A program made the translations under genes and the position numbers. The notes beneath the pieces are model-generated. The model ran no database searches. It saw only the letters and a program-made list of their open reading frames with translations, and had not been told where the DNA came from. From the NCBI RefSeq assembly GCF_009914755.1, contig NC_060933.1: a stretch of DNA of 64,000 nt; one strand, 5' to 3'. Below are positions 49,261-63,299 of the stretch, one piece after another. The stretch comes from the human T2T-CHM13v2.0 reference genome, Homo sapiens. Every line of letters starts with the position of its first letter. Position 1 is the first letter of the stretch.

Positions 49261-52200
49261 AATTAGCAGCGTCAGGGGGCCTGGTCATCCAGCAGAGGGC
49301 ATGGCCCTGGGAGTCACCTCCCTGGACTGCAGAGCTTGCCTGTGTGTGTCCTCCACTCCAGGCCCAGGGGCAGCTAATGAAGGCTCAGGGAGATGGGGCT
49401 GGGTGTGTCTTGCCTTCCTTGCAACCCGGTCAGTGGATCCTGTGACCACCCCCAGAACAGCAGTCTCCACCCAGGAGCATGCTGGGGTCACTTGTCCTGC
49501 CATCTCCTCTTCCCAGGTGCCCAGCAGGAGAGAGGCAGCCACACGCCTGTGTCTGGCCATCAGGATGCAGAAGTGAAGGGCACAGCCCCAAGCCTGCCTC
49601 AGTGTTCGCGTGCCAGATGATGGGGACCTGAGGGAGGGCAGAGACTCGATGGGGATGGAGACTGGCCTCAATGGTCTGTGTCGCAAACCGTGATAGGCCC
49701 CCAAAGGATGCACCTACGCCCATGGCTCAGCCCAGCTTGGAATCAGGTGAGGCTGGTCACAGGTTCCCTGGAGATCCAGGAGGCACCATGAGAGAGGGAG
49801 GCACCCGCCCCCCAGTGTGCCCTGGGGGTGGGGGTGATATTCTTCAGTGGCGAGGGATGCTGAGGCCAATGCTGAGATCATTTCAGGAGACTGGCCACAG
49901 AGGAGATAAGGAAGCAGGGAAGAGGAGAAAGAAGAGGTGCCGAAGAGGATGAAGGGCCGGGGGATTGAAGAGGCAGGGGCTGGGTGGGTGTTAACCTGTC
50001 AAGCACCCACTGGTCTCAGACACTTCCTGGGCACAATCCTCTGTCCTCCCACCATGGTCCAGAGAAGAAGGACAACCATCCCCACTTGACAGAGGACCCT
50101 GAGACAAGAGAGCTCCTGGGCCCAGGCCAGGGACGAGCAAGCGTTCTTGCTGTCATCGTGAGCTGTTCAGGCCTCCCACAGGTGGTGGCTCATCCCGAGG
50201 TGCCTCCCGCCGCAGCCCACTTAGTCTCTAGGCTCTTGAGGCTGGAGAGGAATCTCTCCCCATTGTGGGCTAAAATTCATCTGTTAAAGGTTGACCCAGG
50301 CTCTGTCCCAATCCCATGGGGAGGACACATCCTCCGGGCTGGTTGGACAGACATTCAGGGCACCAGCCAATGACATGCCTCAAAGCCCCTCCCAACCAGG
50401 ACAGCCCTAGCCCACCTTGCCCAGTCCCTCAGCCCCTCAAGGAGCCCCTCGAAGGCTCCACTCTTTCTTGGACAGTTTTGATTCTAACATCTCAGCGCCT
50501 GCAGGTCCATGGGGCCTCCTCATCTCTGTCCCAAGAGGCCCACCGGGTGCTGATGCAGGCCGACCCCAGAGCCCAAGGTGGGAGGGAAGGTGAGCTCTCA
50601 AGCTGTTCCTCCTGGTGCCCCTCCATAGAGTCCCTGCATCACCTCCCACTGGGGAACCTCCACCAGCCTCCATTTCACAAGCATCTGTGGGCATCTAGTG
50701 GCTGGGCTGCCTCAGTTTGCTCATCTGCAAAATGAAGGTAGTGCTGCCTGCCTGGGAGACTTCCAGAAGAAATGAGGGGTGGCAGGTTGGTGCAGGTGGG
50801 TGTACACTTCCCCAGGGTTGGGGCCCTGGGTTCAGATCCCCACCCTGCCAGCTTCTTGCTGGGTGACTTTAGCACAAGGAACAGGACAGCGGGGGCTGCA
50901 GAGCTGCAGGGAAGAGAGCAGTCTGAGAGTGCTCAGGGTCCAGGGACCATCCTGGGACAGAGCCCAGCGGCTGGGTGGCCCCGCAAAGACAGACGCCCAC
51001 CTATCACTGCAGCTCAGAGCCAAGCCCTTCCCACTGGCTCAGGGTAGCAGTAGCCCCAGTGAGGATCCACCCAAGGCTCTGTCAGGCCTGTCATTCAGGC
51101 CTAATCCCGGCTCATTGTCCGCCTGCCAGTGGGGCTTTTGGCTGCCACCTGCCCCGCACAGGGTGTTGTCACAGAAGAATGTGGCAGGTGGGGGTAGGTG
51201 GGGGCCATCCTGGAGGGGGTCTGTCCCCACCCAGGCAGGCAGAGGGCTTTGGGAAGACAATGGGCAGCTGCCTGGGGACTCTCCCTGGGCTGCTGCCATA
51301 ACCCCATCTTCGGGTGACAGGGGCTCCTGAGGTCAGGGATTTGCAAGTCTCAGACTTCCAGAGCTTTGTTTTAGTGACTTGCGCTGCCTGGCTCATGGCA
51401 GGGCTGGTTACACATCAGGTGCATGAAACATACAGCAGGGGTATCAATGCCCCAAAATGGGCTGCAGAACCTGGGCTTCTGGGGAGCAGCCCTGGCTCAT
51501 GCAATTCCTAAGGCTGCATGGCAAAATGAGGCCAAGATGGGAGTGTGGAGCCCACAGCAGGAGCTGGGCCCCTCCTCAGGCTACCATGAGTTTCTCCGAG
51601 CCTGTTTCTCCATCTCTGAAGCAACTTTGATCCTCCCCAACTGTCCTTCCAACCTGCCCAGGGACAAGATGCCCCTCACCCTGCAGGAAGTCCCCAGCAG
51701 CTTCCTAAATCTCCTCTGACCACTCTTGGTCATTAGAAGTCCTTTAACCTCAAATCTCTCATTTCTGTAGTACCCCACCCTCTCTGGCCTGTGCTTAGCA
51801 GGAAACGGACAGGACTGGCCTTTGCGGAGGGAGGGACAGAAGCAGTAACCGGCTCCAGGGTGGCTGCGTGCCCTGGGCCTGGTGACATTTGAAGCTGATG
51901 CTGTTTCTTGGGACACCTGTGGTTCTCTGGGGACATCTCTCCTTCTGTCCCCTCTCCCTGAAAGGCCTCACCTCCAGTGGCTTCCTGGGACACCCTCCCG
52001 TGTCTGCTCTGTGACGAGGCCCCAGGCAGCACCCTTTCTAGCATGGCAGCTTGTACCCACCGGGCACACGGTGGTGTCCCTCACAAACAGAGGGTAAACA
52101 AGATGTTCTGGCAGCACAACAGAGACTCCACACCCAGCCCCTCTCCTGGAGGCTCCCGGGGGCATCATGGGTCTTCCTGCAGCAGACATCAATGCCTGCA

Positions 52201-53805
52201 CCCTGGTCACTGGCCTCCCTTTTACCCACCAACGGCTCTTTCCTTACAAGGCGTTCAGCAGCCCATGGGTCAGAACATTCTCCCGCCAGGAGTGTGCCTG
52301 GCAGGTATGAGGCACACCTCATACCTGGGAGTTACGGCCCCAGGGAGTTACCTCCAACTCATGCCCCATGGAAGGTGCTGATGGCTCCAGGCACCCTCAT
52401 TCTGGCTGGGGTGACAGATCTGGGCTCTCCAGGTCTCCCCAGCCCTGCAGCAGGGCTGAGCCCCAGCAACCACAGCAGTGACCCCCATTGCTGTCTCACT
52501 TCCCTACTCCCTTCTCTACTCAAGTGCTCATCACTGGGAGGTGAGGGGCCGGTGAAATTGGCCTCACCACCCTCTTTGCAAGTCCTCCACATGGAATGTG
52601 GGGCAGTTGGCCCCACTTGTCCTGCCCTTGCCCCTTGAAGTCTCAATAGAAACATGAGCAAAAAGATCCTTTCGATGCACCACGGCCCATGTACCGAGCT
52701 AAGCACATGACTGTGCACAGTGCAAGTGCTGGGTGGCGGGGATGCAGGAGGACAGCAGGGTTCTGACAATACCCTGGGGGTGCTTGAGGTGAGGGTCCAC
52801 CCAGTCCTGCTTGGCTCACAGGCCTGGGTCCTGGAGCCTACCCCACAGAGGACCCTGAGCCCCCACCTGCTGGGAGGATGGGCAGAGAGACAGGTTGGTG
52901 TTTCTCCCGATGCCCCCCTGGCTTTGGGGGGATGTGGCAGTGGCTCCCTGCTCAAGGCTACAGCATCACAGGCTTCGCCCTCTGTCCTTTAGGCTGGGGC
53001 TTGGCCCACAACCCACACCACCTCCTTGTTGGCTCCTAACCTGCCACACATCTTAGGAGGCCCTTTATGAAAGAGAAGACCCCAGCAGACATATAGCCTT
53101 TGCCCTACGGACCTGGTGGGCAGAGGCCCGTCTCTGGGTCTGTCCTGGCCCTGCCCCAACTCACTCTGAGCTCGTTGACAAGTCACTCGGCCTGCCTCCC
53201 TTCTTCAGGCCTCAGTTTCCCCACCTATGAATGTCAAAAACATCAACGGAAAGGGCTTGGAAAGTGGGAGTTCCCAGAACATACCTGAGGTCCTGAGGTC
53301 AGAGGGGTTTGTCGCTAGCACTGGGAAGGGCCCTCCTTTCCTGCAACACCTTCTTCTGCACCCAGCCCAGTGCCCCTGGCCACAAGCTGGGGTCTTTCCT
53401 CTGTAAGACTCAGAGGGAAACAGAGTCACTGGCACTGCCCAGGAAGTCACCCCAAAGACCCGACTTCCTGTTATGGGCCTGGCCAGGCAGCCAGTAGCAC
53501 CTGCTTGTGCACTGAATTGGAGCCCAGCCTGGGTGTGGGGAAAGGAAATGACATTTCTTGGGCACCTTCTATGTGCTCGATGTGCTGGAGTAATGTGTGT
53601 GCACTGCTGCATTGACAGCAAGCCCGGGAAGAGCATGTTGTCCCTGTGGCCATTTCACAGATCAGGATGCTGAGGCTGGAGAGGTCAAGGGCAGAGTGAG
53701 AGGCAAGGCCTGGACAAGAACCTGTGCCTGTCAGCTTTGTTCTCCCTGGCACTCCCACCCTAATGAAGGCAGGAAAGGGATCCCTTCCTGCTTTGCAACC
53801 TGCAT

Positions 53806-53855
53806 CCCACTTCCCAGACCCCACTCCCCAGACCCCACTCCCCAGACCCCACTCC
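53806..53855. repeat. 14-bp minisatellite (CCCAGACCCCACTC), about 3.5 copies
   Basis: Units at 53813, 53827 and 53841. Confidence 0.92.
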
Positions 53856-54189
53856 TCTGACTGTCCCCAGACTCAGCTCTCACTGCTAGAGTCCCATCAG
53901 CCCTTCTCCTGGGCAGCGTGGCGGGCAGATTCTGAGATGGCCCGAGGATGCTCCTCCCCGACGCCAGCGTCCCTTCTGTGGAGTTTGAGGACCAGTGAGC
54001 ACGGTGGGAAGTCTCTCCCACAGCAAAACACCATTGCCTCCTTCTGCTCAGAACAACATGGCCTCAGGGTATATGATGGAGTCTTCCTCTTAGAATATCA
54101 GATACTGTTAGAATCTCAGCCTTCTGCACCTCTCCAAGGGGGAAGCCACGGCTCAGAGAGGGGAAGTAGCTGCCCAACAGCAAGCCATT

Positions 54190-54960
54190 GTCCCTAGAAA
54201 AACACCCAGGAGGCTCAGAAAGAATGAAGAATGTTAATTGCAGCCTTGTTTTTGTAGCAAAACCCTAGACCCACCTAACTGTGTCTCCATCAATAGAGGT
54301 GTGACTGAGTGAAGGAGGAAGCTGCAGGGCCGTGAGGAGGCGGGAGGCCCTCTGCGTGTTTGGGCAGGATGGGCCTTGGAGATGCAGGCACGGTGGGGCC
54401 CAGAGCAGGGTTCCACGAAGGCCTTTGACAGCCCGGCAAATCCTGAGACAAATAAACCAAGCCTGAGAAGACATTTTTGAGACAACTAGGGAAATTTGGA
54501 GGCTGAATGGGCATTAGATAATCTTAAGGAACGCTTGCTGACTTTGGTGAGAGTGCTGATGGAATGGTGTTATTTAAGAAAAGGGGAGCCCAGCCCGTGG
54601 AGGCAGACACACCCTGAGACACTTGCCAGGGAGTTGGGGATGCCTGGGTTTGGGGGAGGGGCTCAGAGGAGCCAAGATTGGCTGTGAGCGGGTGACAGGT
54701 GGGGCTGGGCTGTGAGGACGTGGGGTTCTTTGACTATTTTGTCTATGGAAAATTTTGACAAAATGAGTTAAGCACCATAATGCAATAGTACATATTTTCT
54801 ACACACACACACATGCATGTAAATAAAGGCATTTTTTTTTTAATGCCTGAAGGGATGTGTTCCAAACAGATAAAGTGTTCAATTCTGGAGGTAAGGCAGG
54901 GACTTGGGAGGGGGTGGCATCCACAGGGACATTAATCTTAACTTGTAAGGTTTTAATTTT
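54190..54960 (+). mobile_element. Old L1M 3' fragments
   Basis: agaatgttaattgcagccttgtttttgtagcaaaa; gggaaatttggaggctgaatgggcattagataat. Confidence 0.6.
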
Positions 54961-55016
54961 TTCAAGAGCTATTGCCTGCAGGTTTTACTTACACACTTGA
55001 AGGCTGCCCCCTGCCC

Positions 55017-55355
55017 TGCTGTGGTGTGAATATGTGCCACAAAATTCACGTGCTGAAACTTAATGGCCAATGTGACAGTGTAAAGAGGTGGGGACTTTTA
55101 AGAGTGACTAAATCACAAGGGAAGACCCCTCATGGATGGGACCAGGGCTCTTCTAAAAAGACTGGGGGAGTGGGTTTGCTCCCTCTGACTCTTCTACCAT
55201 GTGAGGATACAGCAAGAAGGCCCTTACCAGACACCAGTGCTGGCATGTTGATTTTGGACTTCCCAGCCTCCAGAACTATAAGAAATAAATTTCTGTTGTG
55301 TATAAACTACCCAACCTCAGGTATTTTGCTATAGCAGCGTCAATGGACTGAGACA
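55017..55355 (+). mobile_element. MST/MLT1A-type MaLR solo LTR
   Basis: tgctgtggtgtgaat ... ggactgagaca; perfect TSD TGCCC at 55012-55016 and 55356-55360. Confidence 0.88.
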
Positions 55356-55542
55356 TGCCCCAAACAAAAAAAATGTAAGAGAAAGGAAAAGGCTGACACC
55401 GTGGGTTTCAATGCTGGCTTGAGAGCCAGGTGTCTCAATAGCCATGTCTGCACATTTTCAGTCCTTGTAGTGAACAAGAGGAATCTTGGGCTGGCCAGAA
55501 TCCATAACACCTTGTTCTGGAAACAGCACCCAGCTTTCTTTC

Positions 55543-55644
55543 TTTAAAAAAACAAAAAATAAAGATGGGGTCTTGCTATGTTGCCCAGGCTGGTCTCAAA
55601 CTCCTGGGCTCAAGTGGTCCTCCCACCTCAACCTCCCAATGTGT
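55543..55644 (-). mobile_element. 5'-truncated FLAM/Alu monomer
   Basis: 13-bp TSD CCAGCTTTCTTTC at 55530-55542 and 55645-55657. Confidence 0.88.
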
Positions 55645-55869
55645 CCAGCTTTCTTTCCAAGGTTCCCTGTTCCCTTGGAGACAATCAGCTGGGACTGCTG
55701 CTCCGAGGCCTGCCCTCCCCTTGTCTAGAGGTAGGCATGCAGCCAAAGGCTCCACCCTCTCCTGAAATCCCTCCACAGTGCAAAGGTGCAAGGACTGGTC
55801 CCAGCAGGAGCTGACTCCTTCCTAAAAGGTCCCCAACAGAGGGTTCTGTGCAGCCTACAGAAACAAACC

Positions 55870-56130
55870 CAGCATCATGACTGGGGTCCAAGGTCAAGGG
55901 CCCAAATTCCCACTCTACCGCTCACCAGCTGTGCAACCTCCAGCCAGCTGTTCACCCTCTTTGTGCCTCAGTTTTCATATCTGTACAATGGGCTATATGG
56001 TACCTGCTGGCAGGGCTGCAAAGAGGATTCAATGAAACTGTATGTGCATGTGCTTAGCATGGTGTCCAGCACACAGTGAGCGCTCTGTGAACCTTAGCTG
56101 ATGTTGTTGCAGTTGCTAACATTATTACCA
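55870..56130 (+). mobile_element. MIR
   Basis: ctcaccagctgtgcaacc...tttgtgcctcagttttcatatctgtacaatggg...gcacacagtgagcgctc. Confidence 0.85.
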
Positions 56131-56539
56131 TCACCTCTGCCTTCAAGGTCTTATGAGGCGGACCCTACGGTCTCTCAAAATCCAAAACTCTAGCCTCCCC
56201 ATAACCTTCCAGTTCATTCCCTTCTTGCTGTTGCTGTCAACCAGGCTGTCCTGGCTGTCACAGCTCACAGCACTGCACAGAGATGCCCAATAGGAAACTG
56301 ACAGGAGCAGCAGAGGTGTGTGGCTGGAGCAAGGCAGGCAGGGGGGTAGGTGGGTGGGTGGCATGGCCCAGGGTGTTCTCTCGGTGGCCCTCTCACACTT
56401 CAGGAATCCAGAGGGCCCTGAAGTTGGGGAGAGGGTCAGCCCCCAGAAGAGGGTAGTGGGTCTCCCAAGTTGTATGCACTACCCCACATATGCAGAGGCC
56501 AAGGATGAGGCTAGAGTATATTATGCTGTGGGAAAGACT

Positions 56540-56660
56540 TTTGTTGAAATAAAGAAATGGAGACAGGATCTCACTATGTTGCCCAGACTGGTCTTGAACT
56601 CCTGCCTCAAGCAATCCTCCCACTCAGCCTCCCAAAGCGCCAGGATGCCCGGTCATCTTG
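56540..56660 (-). mobile_element. FLAM/Alu monomer fragment
   Basis: gagacaggatctcactatgttgcccagactggtcttgaactcctgcctcaagcaatcctccc. Confidence 0.8.
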
Positions 56661-57094
56661 CTAAGGAAATGAGACCATGCACAAGACAGGAAGGAACCTC
56701 ACGGAGCACCTGCTATGGGCTAGCCCTGCACCGGGTGCTCTCCCTGCCAATGGCACCAAATATGAATGACAACTGCTGAAGTGGCAGCTGGTGCTCTGTG
56801 TGCACCTGCCACCTCAGTGCATCAGGTGCAGCAGGGACACATAGTGTCCCCATGTCATGGGTGAGCAAAGTGAAGCACAGTGAGTGCCCATGGTGGGGCC
56901 AGCGCTGGATGCAGGCAGCAGCTGGAGTGCAGCCCCTGATGGGCAGCCTGAGCAAAGAGGCTGGCAGAGGTCATCTGGCGCTAACAGACTGAGCCAGGGT
57001 GGGAGCCGGGAGCTGCTGAGCTGGTCCTGCCTCCTGCCTCTTCCAGCCACACTCCACCTCTGGTCACTCTGGGGGGACTGTGTCCCATTCCCTC

Positions 57095-57390
57095 AGCTTT
57101 AATTGAAAGAGTCAGGGGAAGCCGCAGCGAAGCCCAGCGCCATGGCTGCCGCCTGCCGGAGGCCCTCGGCAGCCGCAGAACCTGCAGTCATGCAAATGAT
57201 TAATGTCAGCTCCGTGGAGGGCTGGGGCCACAGGAAATTGGAGTCGATGAATTTAAGAGAGAAACTCCTTGTTTAAACAGAACTACTTTAGAAAATAAAT
57301 ACTGCCGAGCTTGATGGTAAATACAGATATTTGTGCGGGATGGAGGTGGAAATATGAATTTAATAAAGCTGGCGGGACGTGGCCCTGCTC
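57095..57390. promoter_or_regulatory. Candidate enhancer with a POU/PBX-HOX/TALE composite site
   Basis: ATGCAAAT 57190-57197 overlapping TGATTAAT 57197-57204 and TGTCA 57204-57208; TGTTTAAACA 57270-57279; retained CpGs. Confidence 0.55.
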
Positions 57391-59419
57391 CGTGGGCCTC
57401 TGAATGTGTCCCAGTAGCTGGGAATGCAAAGCTGGGCAGCCTGGTGGCCAGTGCAGGCTTCACACTTACTTGCTCTGTGAGCTTGGCAGCTTTTGTTCCC
57501 TCCTGAGCCTCAGAGTGGTCCACACAGTCTCCAGGTGGGACTGTGGAGATAGCACCACCCCTGCCCCAACAGGTTCTCAGCCACCATGTAGCTCCCAAGC
57601 CACCACACAGCACAGCCATTCTGGGGACTGAGGCTTTGCTTGTGCTGCAGTTTCCCCTCCTAGCCATATCCTATGATCTCCTATGACCAACATGCCACCT
57701 TCTCCAGGAAGGCCTCCCTGGCATTGTGGCATTCCTGAGTGCCTATGTCCACACCCACCAGTTGCCCTTTGCTGTGGACCCACAGCCTCCCAAAACTGTT
57801 TTGGGCACAGCAGGCCTCCGGTGGGTTTCATCACTGCTGCTGGGTGGAGAATAAGATTGGAACTCCAGGAGCGGGGAACAGTCTCCCAGGTTCATAAAAG
57901 AACCAAGAGGAACAGGGCCTGGTGGCTGCAGTGGTCTTGGGAAAAGCAGGGCCCAGGGATGACAACTGCCCAGCTCCTCAAAGTCCCTGAGGGCCCAGCA
58001 CTGGCTGGATGGAGGTCTCTGCACCTCCTGCTTCCTGCCCTTCCTGTGACACTTATGAGCACCTTCTGTGTACTGAGACACAGAGACACAGACAAAAGGG
58101 AAACAGTCCCTGCCCTGGTGGGGGCTCAGATGTGGGCGTGGTAACCTGCAGGGAGAGATGTGTGCCCAGGCTGCGATCAGGCCAGGAGGAGTGGGGTGGC
58201 TGGTTTGCCTGGGGTAGCCGGGGAAGTTCCAGGGCAGAGGCCATGGGGAATGGTCGGTGATGGGAGAGAGGCAACTCCTTACAGCCCTGACTCCCAGTAT
58301 GTGGCTGTCGCCCTGCCGCATGTGGGTGCTTCCTGTGATGCAGGTGGGGAGCTGGCTGTAGCGTGACCATGTGAGCAGTGTCAGCATCTCTGGGGGCCCC
58401 TCACACCCCAACCCAAGATGCAGCCGGTGGGCTGGGCAGGCATCTGGATCTCCTCATCTTCGAAGTGGGAACCTACTCAGGATGCTCAGAACAGAATGGC
58501 TGATGCCGCCCATAAAAACAGAGTCCCAGGGCCGTCCCCTGCGACATGCTTCAGAAGCCATTGGAAGGCCCCATAGACACAGGTCACACTGCAGGCTGCT
58601 GTCTGCCTCCTGACAGAGCCCCCGCACCACAGAAAGCCTCTGGCCGATATCACAGTGACTCTGGGTCTGACTGGGCCGGTGGAGACCCAAGAGGCAGGGT
58701 TGCTGGGGAGGGGCAGGGGCATTGGGCCCCACAAAGGCCAACTCCAGGCTTTCGCCAAGCCCCTTTCCTCCCTGCACACAGGGTATTGCGGGGGTGAAAT
58801 GAAACACTGCGCAGGCTGGCCACAGGGTGGCAGGGGCTCACTCTGCCCCCAGCACACACTGTGCCCTTGAATCTCCTCAGTGCAGCCCTGAGAGGCAGGG
58901 GCTAGTGCTACCTCCACTTTTTGGGTAGGGAAACCAAGCCGCAGAGAGGGATAGAAATGGCTTAAGGCCTCATACAGCATGTGCTAACCCTGGGCTGTGG
59001 CCCAAAGTGGCCGGCTAGGGCCTGCAGAGAGGGGCTGCCTGGAGGCCAGCTCCCCATGCACCTCAGCCCCACCTGGCTCCATAGGGCTGGACAGACAGAG
59101 AGCTCTACCATTGTAGCTTGGCCAGGGTGAAGGGGTCCACTACACCCCCTCTCAGATAAACAGACTAAGTCCTCAAGGAATGTCTGGCCAGGGGACCACC
59201 CTGCCCGGAGTGTCTCAAGGCCTCCTGAGGGCTGACAAGACAGATGCCTGGAGATGCCTGCCCAGGCCTCGGGGCATACCCTCCACTCCAAGGAGCAGAC
59301 GTCCCACTGAGAGCAGTGCACCCCAATATGGTCACGGGGGACAGGTTGCCAGTTATCGCCAGCAGCACCTGGCCCTGGGCAGACCCCGTGATGGGAAACA
59401 AGTCTCAGGAGCTGGGACG

Positions 59420-60060
59420 TTGATGTGTCCCACACGTGCCGGATGACAGTGATTTACACGGGCCTCCTAATCCCCCGCCGGGTACCCTGACTCACACGGC
59501 CTGGCACCCCTGCCCGCGCCCACAGGTGGACGGGCACTCACCGAGACGGCTGCACCACTGTTATTTTTTCATAAGCCTGCCTTGAAATTTGTCAAACCAC
59601 ATATTGTTCAAGCATTCGCCCGTCAGAAGAGCCTGCCGCCAGATGGGCTGGCTCCCCCTCCGACACTTGCTCCAGGCAGCACAGTTATACACAGAACTCA
59701 GCTTTATGTCGAGTCTTTTAAAGAGGGAAATAAAAAAAGAAGGAGGAGAAATTTTTTAGAAAGAAGAAAGAAATGAGTTGGATTCTGAATAGGCAAGACT
59801 ATGACGGTGCACAAATCCTGGCTTGCCGGTGCCCTGGTTTTATACGAAAACTCGGGCCAGCGGTAAATAAAACTTCCCGCCTGTCAAACCGTTCATTAGC
59901 GAGGTGCACATAATTTATGTACTTAAGAGCTGCCTTCAGCCAAGCTATCACACGGCGAGCATGCTTCATAGGTGTTAGTGTTTATACGGACAGTAAATAA
60001 ATGTCAAACACACACAAAATCCACTCTGAGGCGGGTGCTGACGTGGCCCCATCCATCATC
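59420..60060. promoter_or_regulatory. Candidate enhancer with MEIS/PBX-HOX/posterior-HOX/FOX sites
   Basis: TGACAG-TGATTTAC 59444-59457; TTTATACG twice; GTAAATAAA twice; TGTCAAAC three times; ATCCATCA 60051. Confidence 0.6.
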
Positions 60061-60928
60061 CGCCCAGCTGGAGGCTCCAACCAGGTTGCCAGGGCCCATG
60101 GGCCGCCTGGCCTGGCAGCAGGGCTGGCGGGGGCGGAAAAGGCTTCGTGCAAGAAGGGAGAGGCTGTGGGGGTTTTCCCACCTGTTTGAAGGCAGCCAGG
60201 AGGCCCAGGCCAGGATGGGGCTGGGGCTGTTGCATTGAGATGGCCTGACCACCTCCTGGCCCCCGGATCTAGCTTCTCTCCTGAGCTGATCCTCATGAAT
60301 CCAGGCCCAGGGCAGGCTCCCTGGGCTCCTCCGGGTGTGGGGGTTAAAAGGACCTCGTGTGTCCCAGCGCTGCCAAGCCCGCCAAGCCTGGAGCCACCTC
60401 AGAGGCCAGCACGGTCCGGGAGCTAATAATAGCAGCACCGTTTGCTGGGGCCAGGCAGGGGAGGGCGTTTCCATCCATCAGCTCACTGGCTCCTCATCCT
60501 GCCTACCAGGTAGGTCCTGTTTTTCAGAGTTTAGAGCTATTTTTAATAAGAACTTTCAAAAACTGTTTTTGCAATCCTTTTACATGGTTCACAATTCAAA
60601 ATGTACAAGTGGCAAGCACTCACGGACGGGTCTCCTCCTCCCTCAGCCCCCACCACCGTCCTGTCCCAGAGGCAGGGTTTTCTGCAGTTTGGGGTGGGGA
60701 TCATTGTGGGAGAGCATTTGCATAACAGCGTCCTGCCACTGTTCTGGCAAAGCTGTGACTTACCCACACAGCCCCGCCCCTGCCTTTCTCCCTGAGGGCC
60801 ACACCTCAGCTCAGGCCTCCACAGACACAGAGGTTGCCCCAGCTTCCTCGAGGAGGGGGCACACCCTCCCAAGTCACTGCTCCTACACACCAACAACCAA
60901 CCAGGGCTCTGATAGCCATGCTGGGGGG

Positions 60929-61721
<793 letters not shown>

Positions 61722-63299
61722 GGGCCATTGAGGGTCTGGAGCACCCTGACCTTCATCACCAGAAACTCCCCAGTGAGAGATTGGGTGGGCCTGGGGTTGA
61801 ATATGGGCCCCCTTCCCTGGTGCTCAGCAGTCACCTCACCTCTCTGGGCTCAGTCTGTTCATCCGCTCAACGGGACGAGTAACAGACCTGCCTCGGCTGC
61901 TTCAGCTGTTGATTGATAGAATCTCCCTAAAGGGCTGTAGCACTGTGCGTGACACACAGGAACCCTCAATGGAAGTCAATAGATGCTACTATTCAGGGAC
62001 AGCTTAAGTATGGGGCAATAACTGAACCCATCACCAGGAGCAACTTGCTGCCGTGTGGTCTTGCGGGGGCACCACAGTGAGCCCCACCTCGGGGTGGCTC
62101 ATCACACACAGTCCAGTGAACCAGAAGCTGCTGGGATGAAGCAAGAGCAGATCAGAATGACTCAGAGCCTGAGTCCAACCTCCTTGTTCTACAGGTGAGA
62201 AGGTCACCCCAGACAGGGAGAGGCTCAAGACCTCCAGCGAGTCTATGTCCCAGGCGGGCTTCCTCATTTAGCATCAGTGGCCACAGCCCGTGCTACCATT
62301 CCCTACCCATCTTCCCACAGGAAGACAGGCAATGCTGGGTCTTCCCACTGCAGGGCTCCTGTGGCCAGATGAGGCCCTTGGGAAGCCTGGCACTCATCTT
62401 GCCGGGCCATTGCATGGGTTAGCTGTGGCTGCAAAGATGCTATATAGCAAACAACTACAACAGCTCACATTTAGCACACCAAGCACACATTTAGCAATAC
62501 GACAGAAGCATGGATTTGGCTCCACGCCTGTGATTCAGCTGAGGTTTGACTGAGGATGGGATGATGGAGACTGAACTCGATGGAGCAACCTGACTGCCTC
62601 AGGTCCTGGAACAACAGCCATGTGAGTGCCCCAAGGAGGCACATTCATCCTGGGGCAATATCAGATGTATACGAGGGAAGCAGTAGCGCAAACACACACT
62701 CTGAGCATCAAGGCCCTAGACCACAGCTGCATCCCACTTGTCCAAGCAGTGAAGGGTAGGGAATCCAACCTCCTTCCAGGAGCAATTGCAAAGGACACAG
62801 ATACCAGGGAATGAGGAGCTGAGGCCATGAAAGGACTCGGCTTCAGCCCTCCTTCCATGGACCCACGCAGAGCACCATGAGCCAGAGGAGGGAAGTAGCA
62901 CGCCGATTGTAATAGTCACCAGGGCACACTTTAGAAAAGTATAACTTGTCCATCATTTTGTAGCTATGGCTTCTTTGAGCACCGCAAAGTATAATCGGTC
63001 AGAACAAGGCCCACTGCAAGAATAATGTTAAATACATAAGATCCCGAGGCCCACAGCTCTGGCCAAGCCTGAAGGTGGTGCCCACAGGGCTGGAATTTGG
63101 AAAAACCTACCTAATCCATGCCATCTCCTGCCCAGAGAACATTTGTATTTTTAATAGGGACCTCCAAGGAAGAAACCAAAGGCATGACAGATGGTGATAT
63201 TTCAGGCCCTATATGAAATGAGGTGAGGTGGGAGAGGCACCTCAAATCACTAGAGACAAAAGTAGCTTTGGAACACACAGATAAGGGCAAGCCTTGGCT

